Shown here piece by piece: positions 36,320-50,370 of a DNA stretch of 64,000 nt. Source of the stretch: Dipteris shenzhenensis (Eukaryota); NCBI GenBank assembly GCA_047967505.1, contig CM106538.1. One strand, written 5' to 3'. The translations under genes were made by a program, and so were the position numbers. The notes under the pieces were generated by a model that did not search any database, had not been told where the DNA came from, and was given only the letters and a program-made list of their open reading frames with translations. Positions within the stretch are counted from its first letter, which is position 1, and each line of letters opens with the position of its first letter.

Positions 36320-37941
36320 TGTGGGGGTTAAAGGTCACTGTGCCTTTACCCCGGTTATGTACAATAGTCAAACACATATATAAATGAATGAAAAAGAAGA
36401 TTAGGGTGGTTCTACACCCACCAAAACTTGTGTGGCTCTCTGTTTCTCTCTCTCCCTCTTTCGTTATTACTTCCGCTGAGAGCACTCTCAACTGGTATCA
36501 GAGCCCAGGTGATCTAGCTGAGCATGCATGAATGCTTGAAGCTCAGCAGCTTTGTGGGAGGAAGGTGAAGCTCTGTGGGAAGCTTTGTGGGTGACTTTAC
36601 TTGCATCCGAGTGTCTAGAGACCTTGGAGGAACCTTTGGAAAAGTCACTTTGGTTTTGCGAAGTGGTTTTGAGAGCATGTTAAGTGTTTTTAAGAAAAAG
36701 TCGTTTTTTGAGCTTTTCCCTATTCCGTTCGATGACAGAGACTCCGTATTGACTTATAGAGGCAACTATTGCTTGCTTTTGGTGTCCACTTCACTTCAGG
36801 AGCTTGGAAACACCTTCATTCTTGAATCTAGGATCATTTCATTGGATTTCTGACTCACTCTGTCAATTTCTATGTTTTTTTGCCTGGGTGTTGGAACTCA
36901 AGTTTGGAGCAACCATTTGCAGATCTGTCAGTTCCGATGGACTCAAGAGATCCTAAAACTTCTATGTTGCTCATCATTCACACTCTGGTGGAGTTTACAA
37001 ACAGCTCTGTTTCCAAAAACGTTTTTTAGTCCGTGTGTTGGACCCAGTGATTGAGACCACGGTTTCCAAAACCATCTGTCCCATTGCATTCCGGATGCCC
37101 AAAAACCCCTACCTATCAGTTCTTACGCAATTCGGTGAGGATTTTCAGAGTTATAGATCTGTGTGTATTCGATTTCGTCTCTCTTTTATGCATTTTTCAT
37201 TCTAAGGTTTTGAAACCTTAGATTTATGCCACATGGCAGTGGATAAGTGTTAACTCCCATTTCTCACTCATCGGTTGGGATTTTGGAGTTTCGACAGAAG
37301 AGAGATATTTGCAGATTTTCTTGTTGAGTCCGATTATGCAATGGCGCCCATGTTTTGAGGCATCTCAAGTTCTATTTTCAGTAGCGGTCATTACCATGGG
37401 ACTATGATTTCTTGAGCATACCTTATGCAGATCACTCTGGTTGCAATTTGAGCAGTGTGCACTCATTCGTGGTGTGCATTGGGTTGCAGTGGATGATTTA
37501 TAGGCCATTTTGATGCATTGTAGTCCTTATTGGATGCGCTGATAGGCCCAAATTGCCTTGTGGGATGCTATTTTTATGGACGCTTTGCACATGGATGCTA
37601 TTTTATGCTGAGGGACAGCTTTAACACATTGCAGGTGATGCACTGATAGTGCTATGCTCTCTTGGATGAGATATTATTAATGCATATGCCAATGGACGGT
37701 GTTTATGCTTGAGTCATTTGGCACTTATTGGCATTTTGGATTGCCATTGTAGTTGGCATTTTCTTTTGGGCCAGATTTGATCATATGGATGCATAGTATA
37801 TGCACATGAGTCAGATGCTTTGAGACATGAGTTTTGGTGATATTTCACTCTATTGTGGCATACACATTTGGGTCCACCTGGTATTTGGTGTGATTCTCTC
37901 TTGTAGGCACTAGCATTTGGGATTTTTGCTTCATTTGCATC

Positions 37942-40900
37942 ATGGCATCCTCTTCCTGTCTAAAAAGGAGTTTTTTAGCATTAAAAAGTTTGATGGGACA
38001 AACTTTTCTTTGTGGAAAGAACAAATAAGGGATGTGTTTATTCAAAAGAAGCAGATTAAACCCTTGGCAGGGATTGAAGCTAAGCCTACAAATATGTCTG
38101 AGGATGATTGGAATGAGTTGGATGCATTAGCAAAATCTACTATTAGACTTCATCTTGCAGAGTCAGTTTATTTCACAGTAGTAAATGAGCAGACTACGGA
38201 AGATTTGTGGAAGAAACTGTGTGCCACTTATGAAAAGGAAACCGCCTCTAATAAAGTTTACCTCATGAAGAGGTTGTTTGAGCTGCAGATGAAGGAAGGG
38301 GTCTCCATTGCTTCTCACTTGAATGAATTCAATATTATTTTCAGCCAGCTTCAGGCTCAGAAGATGAATTTTGATGCGGAGACTAAGGCAATATTTCTCT
38401 TATGTTCATTGCCATCCTCATGGGATACCTTTCGTACAGCTGTCAGTAACTTTGCACCTAGTGGAGTACTGAAATTTGATGATGTTGTGGGTAGCTTGTT
38501 GGCCGAGGAGATTAGACGAAAGTCTATGGATGGCAACAAGCAGGATGCAGCCTTAAATGTGGAAAGGGGTAGATCACAGTTCAGGGGGAAGTCCCAAGAA
38601 AGAGGGAAGTCTCGTAGCAAATCCAGGGCACGGAACATTGAGTGTTACCACTGTGGCAAGGGCCATATGAAAAAGGATTGCTACAAGCTGAAAAGAGAGC
38701 AAAAGGATAAGAAAAAGAATGCAAATTGGGGTGCAAATCAAAAGGAAGAGAGTACAAGGGAGGACAAAGGAAAAGTGAAGATCGAGGAGATCAATGCAAT
38801 CACACATGATAGTGACAATGACGTTCTCTTCATGTCTAGTTTATCTACAAAGTTGCTTACCACTTCAGATGATGCATATTCCTAGGATTGGATTTTGGAT
38901 TCTGGTGCTTCATTCCATGTTACTCCCCATAGGGAATGGTTCTCCACTTATGACAGTGGAAAGACAGGTTGTGTCCATTGTGTCCATCTTGGAAATGACT
39001 ATGCATGTGACATAGTGGGAGTAGGTGACATAAATTTTTCTTTTGCAAATGGGTCTGCATTTATTTTGAAACATGTGAGACATGTGCCTAAGTTGACCAA
39101 GAGTCTTATTTCAGTGGGTCAGCTAGATGATGTTGGTTTTCACACCACTTTTGGCTTTCAGAGTTGGAAAATTCAGAAGGGCTCTATGCTTTTGGCCAGG
39201 GGTGCCAAGTGTGGGACTTTGTATCCCTTACATGTATCAGGGGTATTTGATCATGTTGTTGCAATAACCGAGCAGCCAAGCACTTCTTTGTGGCATTGCA
39301 GGTTGGGGCACATGAGCCAGAATGGAATGAAACTCTTATGCCGTTTGGGTTATGTACCGCATTTGAGTTTCTCTGATTTTGAATTTTGTGAGCACTGTCT
39401 CTATGGGAAGCAGACTAAATCAGCCCATAAAAGAAGGGGAAATAAAGAGTTTGAAAAGCTTGATTTGGTGCATTCAGACGTATGTGGTCCCATGCCTACA
39501 CGGTCATTAGGCGGGGCTGAATACTATGTGACATTCATTGATGATGCAACTAGGAAAGTGTGGGCTTATGCTATAGCTCGGAAGAGTGATGTGTTCCAGG
39601 TATTTCAGAAATGGCTGGCCTTGGTTGAGAATCAGTCAGGTAGAATGCTTAAATGCCTACGGACTGACAATGGTAGAGAGTCTCTCTCTCATGACTTTCA
39701 GCATTTCTGTGATACACGTGTGATTAAAAGGGAGCTCACATCCCCTCGTACTCCATAGCAAAATCTAGTTGCAGAAAAGATGAACTGTACCATTCAAGAA
39801 AGGTTGCAATGCATGCTTTCCAATGCAAGTCTTTCTGGTGGTTTTTGGGCTGAGGCAATGAAGACTGCAGTGCATGTGATCAATAGATCACCTAGTAAGA
39901 GTTTGGATGGTGGTATTCCTGAAGAGGCATGGAGTGGCAAGAAGCCCTCTTACTCTCATTTGCATATATTTGGATGTGAGGCATATGCACATGTGCCAAA
40001 AGAGCTTCGAAAGAAGCTAGATCCTAAGTCTAGGAAATGCATCTTTCTGGGTTATGGTGAAAGTGGAGAGATGGGCTATCGTCTCTAGGATCCAGAAGCA
40101 AAGAAGATCATACGTAGCCATGATGTAGTCTTCAATGCGAAGAAGATGCATAAGGCACCCATGAGGGATGTGGAAATGAGGAGAATCACTTTCCAGGATG
40201 TGAATCCACCTGCATATGTTGATAGACAACAAGCTGTCCATGCACCAAATGTGCAAGAAATGGTACCACCAAGTACTCCCACAGGTATACAATCAAGGGT
40301 AGATGATGGATCATCTATTGGTGGAGATGATGAACCAAATGTGGCTGATATGCAGGTGGGACAGCAAGCTGAAATGCCCTTGAGAAGATCATCTAGAGTA
40401 TCTAGACTGCCTGATAGGTTTGTTCCAGTGGTAGAGTATGTGATGCTTACTGATTGCGAGGAGCCTTCTTGCTACAGAGAGGCTATGATGCGCGAGGATC
40501 AACGCAAGTGGGAGTATGCTATGCAATCAAAGATGAGTTCACTTATGAAGAATAAGACTTGGGACTTGGTTTCTTTGCCACATGGAAAGAAAGCATTGCC
40601 ATGTAAATGGATCTACAAAATGAAGGTCACAGGTGATGATGTGCCTAGGTACAAGGCCCGTTTGGTCGCTAAAGGTTCAAGCAAGAGAAGGTTGTGGACT
40701 TTGATGAAATATTCTCTCCAGTTGTGAAGATGACCACACTTAGATGCATGCTTGGACTAGTGGCATTAGAGGATATGGAGCTTATGCAGATGGATGTCAA
40801 CATAGCTTTCTTGCATGGGGATTTACATGAGAAAATTTACATGGTGCAGCTAGAAGGCTTTGAAGAAAAGGGCAAAGAGCATTTAGTTTGCAAGCTGAAG

Positions 40901-42022
40901 AAGAGTCTCCATGGTCTTAAGCAAGCGCCTAGAGAATGGTATCAGAAGTTTGATGCTTTCATTCGGTCCCAGGGTTTTAAAAGGAGTGAAATTGATCACT
41001 GCATCTACACTAAAAGGGCTAAGGATAATAGCCTGATAATCTTGGCACTATATGTGGATGATATGCTATTGGCTAGCAAGAATACTTATGAGCTAGATGC
41101 ATTAAAGGCCAAGTTGCATGAGGCCTTTGATATGAAGGATTTGGGACTTGCAGGTCATATTCTTGGTATGCGCATCACGCGTGATCGGAGTAGGAAACTC
41201 CTTTGGCTTTCACAAAAAGAGTATATTACAAAAGTATTGCAGCGTTTCAATATGGAGGGGGGGAAGGCACTGAGTACTCCATTGCCTCCATATATGAAAC
41301 TGAGTCATACAGATAGTCCCAAATCAGATGAGGAAAGGGCCATGATGGCCAAGGTTCCTTATGCATCAGCGGTTGGGAGTCTTATGTATGCTATGATAGC
41401 TACTAGACCAGACAATGCATTTGCAGTGGGAGTTGTTAGCCGGTATATGGTTAATCCAGGAAAGAGGCATTAGGAGGCAATTAAGTGCATCATGAGATAC
41501 ATGAAGGGTACCAAGGAGATGTGCATCTGCTTTGGTAGAGGAGACATGCGTGTACTTGGGTACATAGATTCAGACTATGCAGGGCATGTGGATAGTAGGA
41601 GATCCACTTCTGGTTATGTGTTCACCTTTGCAGGTGGTGTAGTGTCGTGGATGTCTCGTGCACAGAAGTGCATTGCTTTGTCTACCACAGATGCTGAGTA
41701 TGTTGCAGCCATAGAGGGTTGCAAGGAGGCTATATGGCTTGATCAGCTAGTGGGAGATTTGGGGATTCATACAGGTATACCGACATTGCATAGTGATTCC
41801 ATGAGTGCTATTCAGCTAGCACGGAATCTGGTCCTCCATCTGGTCTTTCATGCAAAGACCAAACACATTGAGGTGAGGTACCATTTCATCAGGGAGGTAC
41901 TTGAGGACAAGCGCATAGAGCTTGTCAAGGTTCATACAGATGATAACCGTGCAGATATGCTGACGAAGAGTCTACCTAATCAGCAGTTTGAGTATTGTCA
42001 TGTATTCATGGGCATTGGATAG
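37942..42022 (+). pseudogene. Copia gag-pol (Gag, CCHC knuckle, protease, integrase, RT, RNase H) broken by stops and frameshifts
   Basis: Motifs KFDGTNFSLWK, CYHCGKGHMKKDC, DSGASFH, LWHCRLGH, VHSDVCGP, FIDDATRKVW, YKARLVAKG, LYVDDML, DSDYAG and AKTKHIEVRYHF appear across successive ORFs. Confidence 0.95.
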
Positions 42023-42069
42023 TATGCTCACTGGTTGTTCTCCCTTAAAGGCATATTGTCCTTTAAGTA

Positions 42070-42936
42070 GTGAGTACTCCATTGCCTCCATATGTGAAAC
42101 TGAGTCATACAGATAGTCACAAATCAGATGAGGAAAGGGCCATGATGGCCAAGGTTCCTTATGCATCAACGGTTGGGTATGCTATGATAGCTACTAGACC
42201 AAACATTGCATTTGTAGTGGGTCCACCACAGCCACACGGACTCGGGGGGCTCCTGCCGTAGTCACCGCATCGGCGAAAGTGTCGTGCATAACCCAGCCAA
42301 AAGAGTTGTTAGCCGGTATATGGCTAATCCAGGAAAGAGGCATTGGGAGGCAGTTAAGTGCATCATGAGGTACATGAAGGGTACCAAGGAGATGTGCATT
42401 TGCTTTGGTAGAGGAGACATACGTGTACTTAGGTACACAGATTTAGACTATGCAGGGCATGTGGATAGTAAGAGATCCACTTCTGGTTATGTGTTCACCT
42501 TTGCAGGTGGTGCAGTGTCGTGGATGTCTCGCGCACAGAAGTGTGTTGCTTTGTCTACCACAGAGGATGAGTATGTTGCAACCACAGAGGGTTGCAAAGA
42601 GGCTATATGGCTTGATCGGCTAGTGGGAGATTTGGGGATTCATACAGGTGTACCGACATTGCATAATGATTCCATGAGTGCTATTCAGCTAGCATGGAAT
42701 CCGGTCTTTCATGCAAAGACCAAACACATTGAGGCCAGGTAACATTTCATCAGGGAGGTACTTGAGGACAAGCGCATAGAGCTTGTCAAGGTTCATACAG
42801 ATGATAATCCTGCAGATATGCTGACGAAGAGTCTACCTAGTAAAGCAGTTTGAGTATTGTCATGTATTGATGGGCATTGGATAGTATGCTCACTGGTTGT
42901 TCTCCCTTAAAGGCACATTGTCCTTTAAGTGGGAGG
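42070..42936 (+). repeat. Tandem duplication of the copia RT-end/RNase H/3' UTR, with an ~80-bp foreign insert
   Basis: 42070-42936 repeats ~41272-42068 (STPLPPY...MGIG* plus hairpin). An extra GC-rich segment at ~42222-42303 interrupts GTGGG/AGTTGTTAGCCGG. Confidence 0.9.
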
Positions 42937-45900
42937 TTGTGGGGGTTACTTTACTAAAAAGAAACCCCTTTCCCCCCCTCCCCTTCATTCCTTCTCTTTT
43001 CTCAAGATCTAGGAATGCAGGATGCTAAGTGAGGTACTCAGCACCACTTGCCTTAACTTAGCCTGCAGCTTGCCTTGCCCTCCTCTTGGTCTCTAGCTAA
43101 GTATAGCCAACAAGCTTAGGCCTCATCTAGTCTGGCTTCTTACGTTTTCTCTAATTCTAGCTCCTGCTCCCTTTTTGGGATTTGCTTTTTCACTCACCCG
43201 AGGCTAGGAAAGCTTCTTACAGAATATTCTTTCTTCCAAGCCTTTTGCTCAAGATTTGAGGCTAAAATGCAAGCTGGCTGTCTCTCCTGGCCACCCAGAC
43301 CCTTACAGCCTTTGGAGAGGGTTGAGATTAGGATTGAAATCTAGGCTGATCAGCCTTCCCAAACACCTAGGCCCTTGCAGCCCCACATGTTTCGACATTA
43401 TGTAGCCACCAATGCCTATTACCAATTTAAGTAACAAATATCTTGCTATGTATGTCTGGAAAATGTGATGACAATAAGACACCAAAAGGGGAAATGACTC
43501 TGAGGACTAATGGAGAACTGTGTGATCCATTGGTATGAAGGAATAGCTTTAGTAATGTACAATCTTTATTTAATCACCTTTACTAAATGTTGTGTGTCAT
43601 TACATGGATTGCCATCTCACGCCATGTAATATCATGTGGGGAATGTCTTGCAATGCCATCAAGATAAGGATTCATTATCATGTGCCATGCCATTCCTAAT
43701 TCCTCTCAAAATCATCCATATTTATGCATTGTCAATATTGCATCAATAGAGAAATGCCACATGCACCTTAAAATGATATCCAGCATGAAAACATGGTAGT
43801 GGAAATCTTAATCATCATATGTATAGATTTATTTTTTTCTTTGTTGACAAATTAATGTACAATTTTTAAGCTTGTGAGTGCACTCCTTCCTCCTCTCCTT
43901 CTTCACACTCAATTCTCTCTTTCTCATTTTGACATGGTATCCAAGATTCATGCTCGCTTTTCGAGTGACATCATGTGACTTGCTCCCTTTGACCTTGTGA
44001 AGTACTTTGTGAATGAATTATAATTAGTAGAGAGTTCTCTAAGTGAGAAAGATAGTAAGGAAACTTCATTTTAGACTTTAGCTCATGAGAGACTTCATAG
44101 CTTCCATTTCAAGTTCACGAAGTCTACACATCACTTGACATGAGCACTACATGGTGCTTGATGTGAGCACTATGAGAAAATTTGCTTCTATGTAGTTTCC
44201 TTCTACATCTCATTTCTTTACTTACTTGTGCAAGTTTTATGAATCTAGCTCATCGATTGTTTACCCATTTGGCCCAATATAAACCAACACCTAGCTTTTA
44301 GTTGGAGTTTTAACTAGAAACTATGAAACAAGTTTGGATTCCCAAGTATCTCTTGTCTTTAACTTCAAAAGGCAATAAGTTTGTAGTTTTCCAAAAGCCT
44401 TTGAGTAGTTTTCAACAATCTACAACCCTTAGGATAGATCATACCATATTTGCAGTAGCCAAGAGCCTTCCTATATCAAGAAATTTTCATGTTATGTGTA
44501 TGAGACAATATCTTCGCTTGAAATCAATTGGATACACCATAGAAATTCAAGGAATAAAATTTGGAAGAATCATTGTGTGTAAAAGATTTAGATTCAATCT
44601 AAAAGCAAGTCACAAAAGCTAAAGGATAAAGTAGTAGAGTGAAGTCAAATGTTTGGAGCCCATTTTCAAAAGAAAGAACCACTACATGACATTGGAACAT
44701 AGAGAATATTTCAATTTTATTCCATATTTCATGTCTCCATATCAAACATAACTTATGGTTGCTTAGGCTTCTTGCAATAAAATTTTGCCATGTGCCACAG
44801 TATAGTACAATAAAAACAATCTATCTTAATTCTGGTCATTGACTTTTGTCTTTCATTGCACCAAGGACATTGGTAATCCCATTTGTTATTTTTTTATTTG
44901 GGCATTATACTATTGTCTATTTGATGAGGCTTCTTGCCTTAAAAGTGCAAATTACACACATCTTTGCACCTAAGGCTCCATAGAGAGAAGGGGAGAGGTT
45001 GTTATAGGTGGGTGTGGGGCAAATGGAGGATAGGTTAGAGGGAGGGAAGACTAGAGGGTGAAGCTTTCTCTAGCAGAGGAAGATAATAAAGAAATGCCAT
45101 GGCATCATGATGGGTAAGTTGCTAGTTTAGGTGTACAAGCATCAATATAACCATTGACATACATGTTGCAAAAAAGAATCGGTAGTATTAGTATAAGCAT
45201 AAAAAATCAATAGTATTAATATAAGCATAAAAAATAATTTTAGAAGGTGATTCAATGGATTTATCAACAATTATATTAATTCTTGTCTTGGGAACATAAC
45301 AATGGTTGTATCAATAGTTATGTTGATCATCTACAGGAGAAGATGTTATATCAAATTATATCAATGGACACAATGCAAGGGTGCCATGAGTTAACAATTC
45401 ACATAGCCAATAATCTTATTCAAGACTATGGATGATTTGAACTATAGGCAAATGTGCAAGACAATGAGGAGGTATGGCAATTCATACTTGTAAGAACCAA
45501 TGGTCTTTTGTGAGATTTGAAGTTTATATCGATATGTGGATATCCTATTTCAAGGTGGTGAGGGGGAACTAGATAAAAGGTCACATGTTGGATTCCATTA
45601 TGAACCTCATGAATCACAATTGTATTTAAAATATTTGATGTTTGAAGAAGCATGAGTAATGAGGAGAAGGCACATGAGGGAAGTCTAAGAACAAGAACAT
45701 GTGCCTATACTGGAGGAGAGTGATCATGAGTAACATGATGCAACGTACAACATGATACATATGTATTTTGATCTAGATACAAGAAATGAAAATGATGAAG
45801 AAAATCTTCCACGAGATGTTGAACAAGAATAACTACACCCCATGATTCATAAGAAGACTTTATTAAGAGATGGGACGAATACAATGTTGTACATTTGATC

Positions 45901-45999
45901 ATGGAGTCATGGAAAACTTCTTCTACGAGCGTTGAGTTAGTGCTAGGGATACTCAAACCATGGAAAGTGATCTAGATAACTTTGGAACAATACAAGCTA

Positions 46000-46320
46000 T
46001 CATGCAAGTGAGATTTCATGAATTCAGCATGTTTATATTGGATGTGAAATAATTAGAAATCATGAAAGAGAGCTTTTGCAAATTCAACATGATTATATTG
46101 GATGTGAAATACTATAAAATCATGAAAGTGATCTTTAGAGAGTTCAAAATGTTTATAGTAGATGCAGATGGGTTCAAAACAATGTGTAAAAGTGCTCTAG
46201 AGCCCCCAAAATGTCTATATTGGATGTGAAATGCTTCAAAATCGTGTGTAGAATGGCTCAAGCAACTATCGAGATTTAGAGGGTTCAACATGTTTATATT
46301 GGATGAAAAATGGTTCAAAT
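46000..46320 (+). repeat. Degenerate ~60-bp repeats
   Basis: TTCA[AG]CATGTTTATATTGGATGTGAAAT-like block recurs about five times. Confidence 0.65.
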
Positions 46321-46977
46321 TCATGCGTAGAGAAAGTATTTGAAGGGTCTTTTCCCCATTGACTCATTTGAAATTTGGAATGACCTTATGTATAAATATG
46401 TGCTACTTGATCATTGTTAATATGTACATACATTTTCAAACTATTCTTATTAGAGATAGTTTGCACAATAGGTTTTAGATTCTTGATGAACCTAATAATA
46501 TAAGTTGTCCTTAGGTTATTTTCAACAACTAGGTCACTTGGACTCAACGTGGTAGAATGTGATTTAAGATGCACCAAGAGGAAGAGAACTAGAAAGAGAT
46601 ACAAAATGTCACAATAGATGACATGGAAGCACATACTCCCAATGCTCTCCTTCTGTGCTTCATGAGCTAGTAGTTATACAACTTCCACAATATGCTAATA
46701 ATTGAAGCTCCTCATAGAATTACTCAGATCTAGATGTAGGTGATGTAGTATTTGACATTGAGGACATTTGGCACATAGGATGAACAAGATGGCATTTGAT
46801 CTGTTATTATGGGATCATGTGGAAGGTTAATCTAATGATTACATGATTAACATCACACACAAATTTGTTATGCCATATCACCTTTTAAGAGTTCATCCTT
46901 TGCAAAAGTGGAACTTCCCCCATTGTGGCTATTCCTGTCTCCAAAGTTTTAGGAGTTTATAGATTCTATCTGGCCAC

Positions 46978-47990
46978 TTAGTCAAAAGTCTCTTCATAAT
47001 CAATGCCATATTGTTGAGCATACACTTTAGCAACCAAACGGTCCTTGTACCTACTCACACTACCATTTACATTATGCTTCACCTTGTAAACCCATTTGCA
47101 ACCTATGACATTCTTGCCCTCAGGCAAGTCAACAAGTGACCATGTCTCCCGCTGCTCAAAGGCATGCATCTCCTCATCCATGGCTGTATCTACTGTGACC
47201 ATGTTCTTGCTGCTCTAAGGCATGCATCTCCTCATCCATTGCTTGTATCCACTGTGGCTGCTTGATGTCATCCTCAAACTTCTTGGGTTTTGTATCTTGT
47301 AACACATTTGTCATGTAGGCATGGTGCACTGCCCACAAACCCATCATAAGTAAGCCTTTGCACTGGATATCTTACCCGAGTGTACCTATGAGGTAAAGTG
47401 CTTTCTAATGTACTTTTAGCATGAGGTTTTAAGCCAATTTGGGACATGAATGCATGGATTGACCACTCAAAGACAAGCCTCAACAACCAAATGAAGAAAA
47501 ACCCAACTCACCCCGTTGGAATCATGGGATCAAAAACCAAAATATACCAATCCAAAGTGTGGTGTCCCAACTAATACTTGTGGTAATATGGAGCCAAAAA
47601 GAAGTAATATAGCAAAAATTTCCTTCTAGTCAAGAAGCAAAGATATCAAGAGATAAAAAGGCTCTTATCCCATAGCTTTCAGCTTTGGGATTTTTTGGAG
47701 TCATGTGTGTTTGTCACATGTCATGCAAAAACTTGATACTCGAAAATGCCCTAGCAACTCTAGCATTTTCCTCCACACCTTCTTGAATGACTTTTTATTC
47801 CTTTGTGATTCCCACCATGACCCGTAAACATCCTCATTTAGGGCACATAAAGCTCAAGGAATTGTATTAACAAGCCCATTCTCAATCATGGGAAGATTGT
47901 TATGGTGGACCCATTCCTCTACCAGAGCCCCTTTTATCCCATGAGACCCTCCAAGTTTGACACTCCCATATGAGTAGCTAGAGCTAAGAG
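46978..47990 (-). pseudogene. Copia RT N-terminus and degraded integrase remnant
   Basis: AMDEEMHAFEQRETWSLVDLPEGKNVIGCKWVYKVKH...RYKDRLVAK...GIDYEETF. The upstream boundary is approximate. Confidence 0.8.
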
Positions 47991-48806
47991 GCTTCCATAT
48001 AGAAACACATATTGAGAAGAAAGCAAAGGGAAGTAGAGAGAACGATAGTCTTCATTGTAAAATCTCAAACAGCTATCATGTTTGGCAACATTTCCACCCA
48101 TCTATATACATCAACCTCTTTTTTTAGAATAGAAAGGAAGCTTTGTGATAGCAAGTTTTCTCTTCATTTGCCTATTGTATTTTGTACTATTACCATCGAC
48201 AGGATGCGTCAATTTTACGAGCAAAAACCTATGAGCAAGTTTATACCAGCGTGTTTTTCAAGAGATTTTAAAAATAGTATTTCTTTAGGAAACATGGTTT
48301 TTACACTTTTATTTTCATTAGAACTAGATCCCTTTATCATAAAAATATACAAACTAGTCGATGTTCATTTTTACATAACATAAATCTTCTTATTCATAGA
48401 CATCCCTTTGTACCCTTGTTATTACCTTAAAAAAGTATTGAAAAATAATTCATTTAAGAAACGTCCCTCATAATCACTCTCAACATAATAATATTATACA
48501 TAAATAATTACTATTAAACACATTTATATCATATGGCAATATCTTTCAAGTGTTTTTATAGTATTAATAACAATATATTTATGGACATGTTTCTACAGAA
48601 GTTTAAATTACTGTAAATAAGTATTAACTTGGGCTTATATATCGCTCTCATAAAATACATGTAATATTTAATACTATATATGCAAGGTTTTCCAAAATAT
48701 AACACCATAGATGTGCTCAAATGGGGTTTTTCGATCAATTTGAGTGGCTGAATGACTATATTTGGACATTGGATGTGAAAGTTATGTCACTTTTAAAAGT
48801 GCTGTC

Positions 48807-48878
48807 CAAGGTAGTTTCGCCAGCGAAACTACCTTGAAAGACCTTGTTCAAAGGGGTTTCGCTGGCGAAACTACCTTG
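48807..48878. repeat. Two adjacent dyad-symmetric sites
   Basis: CAAGGTAGTTTCGC-CA-GCGAAACTACCTTG has perfect 14-bp arms (48807-48836). A degenerate second copy GTTTCGCTGGCGAAACTACCTTG follows. Confidence 0.85.
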
Positions 48879-49639
48879 ATGGCTTGCTTCAATGAGTTTT
48901 CTTTGGAGAAACCCTTTCATGAAGATAGGGTGAGAGAGGTTTTTCAATGTCACCCCCTATTAAGTAAAAAGTTGTAAGAAGGATCATAAGGGAATTTTCA
49001 TAGAGAAGTCTACTCTACATGTGGGTTTCTTCAAAAGCCATCCCATTATGTTCTCACCATTCCCAAAGATTCACATAAATATTCGTGTATAAAATAGGCA
49101 TTCCTATAATACTTTTCATATTTCTAAGTGAAACTATGTTTTCTTCTGATCCATTTTTGTCATATTTTTGCATAGTTGGAAGCTTTTTTTTTCCTTCGCT
49201 CGGACGCTCGGAAGATTTCGCTCGGAAAATGCTCGTCCCCCCATCGACATACTATGCTATAGTTCTCAAAAAGGTTAATTCAAGGATTTGTGGAGTTTAC
49301 CTATTATGATTTTTTGTCTTTTCAAGTCTCATGCTACACTTTATGGTGAGTGTCCCATTCTCATGACCCATTCTATTTCCTTAATTTACCCATGTCTCAA
49401 TTGACCCTATAGCTCACCACTCCATTAATGTGTCCCAAAAAGTCATGGAAGGTAAGCATCCACTTGGATGATTCATCTTGGGTTCTACTCTATGGGACAA
49501 CTACCCATCTAAGTAGTCCTAGCACTAGATTTAGGCATCTAGGTCGTCAAATATTGCCAAGGATCCAACCCATTGGTTGTCACACTCAATTGGGAGGCCT
49601 TACTTACATTACGATTAGCTTTTGAAAGGGGCGATGCTT

Positions 49640-50370
49640 AAAAATTATTCCAAGATTCATTAAGTGGATTAAAGCCTGCTAGAAGCACAGCAAAGATCCT
49701 GCTATGAAAATGTGATCACACGATATCCCATACAAATTGTGTTTTTGTTAATGAAGTAGTTGGGAAACATTTGATTGGAGTTTTGGCCATCCATATAAGA
49801 GCATAGCCTACTATCCCAAAGCTGACAAACAAGCAAAGTTCACCAACACATACTTTGCAAATCCTCACCAAAAAAGTGAAACCAAAGCATTGTGATTGGG
49901 CAAGAAAACTAAATGCACCCTTATGGGCATATCATACCATGCTTAAGGTTATTATAGGATGTACACGTTTTCAATTGGTATACATACTTAAAGAATTGGT
50001 CCCCCTAGAATTTATTACACCAAGCCTATATGTAGCAGTGCAAGAATGCTAGAGAGATCAAGAATCCATTTAAGAAAGGTTGCACCAACTTGAGAAGCAC
50101 AAAGGGATAAGGTTAATAGCCTACCATGTCATGATAGAAAAAAATGATGAAGGAAAGCATGCTTTGATAAAGACATTAAGAATGAATAAAGGGAACATAT
50201 TTTTCTCTACAATACCAAGATCCACAAGGGGAAGCTAAAATATCTAGGTCAAGGGCCTTATAGAGTTGAAAACATGAATCTAATGGAGCCATAGTGCAAG
50301 AAATCCTTAATAAAGTCTAGTTCACCTCAATGATCAATGGAAGCAGACTCAAGTGCCAATTAGAGATTTG
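49640..50370 (+). pseudogene. Ty3/gypsy integrase remnant
   Basis: QILTKKV...DWARKLNAPLWAYHTMLKVIIGCTRFQLVY...LVPLEF matches the gypsy integrase pattern DW..KL...LWAYRT..K...G.TPF.LVYG.E...P.E. A GPY-like motif and an NGSRLK-like motif lie downstream. Heavily decayed. Confidence 0.75.

Larger units (their letters stand above)
36320..42948 (+). mobile_element. Ty1/copia LTR retrotransposon, near full length but inactivated; 3' LTR truncated to 11 bp
   Basis: 5' LTR TG...CA at 36320-36490 and PBS TGGTATCAGAGC at 36493-36504. gag-pol follows. PPT AAGTGGGAGGT at 42927-42937 is followed by TGTGGGGGTTA, the first 11 bp of the 5' LTR. Confidence 0.95.

Noticed and set aside
42222-42303. Self-cleaving ribozyme (HDV-like GGCGAA motif) in the GC-rich insert
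   Set aside because: I could not build the required nested pseudoknot pairings or a hammerhead core by eye.
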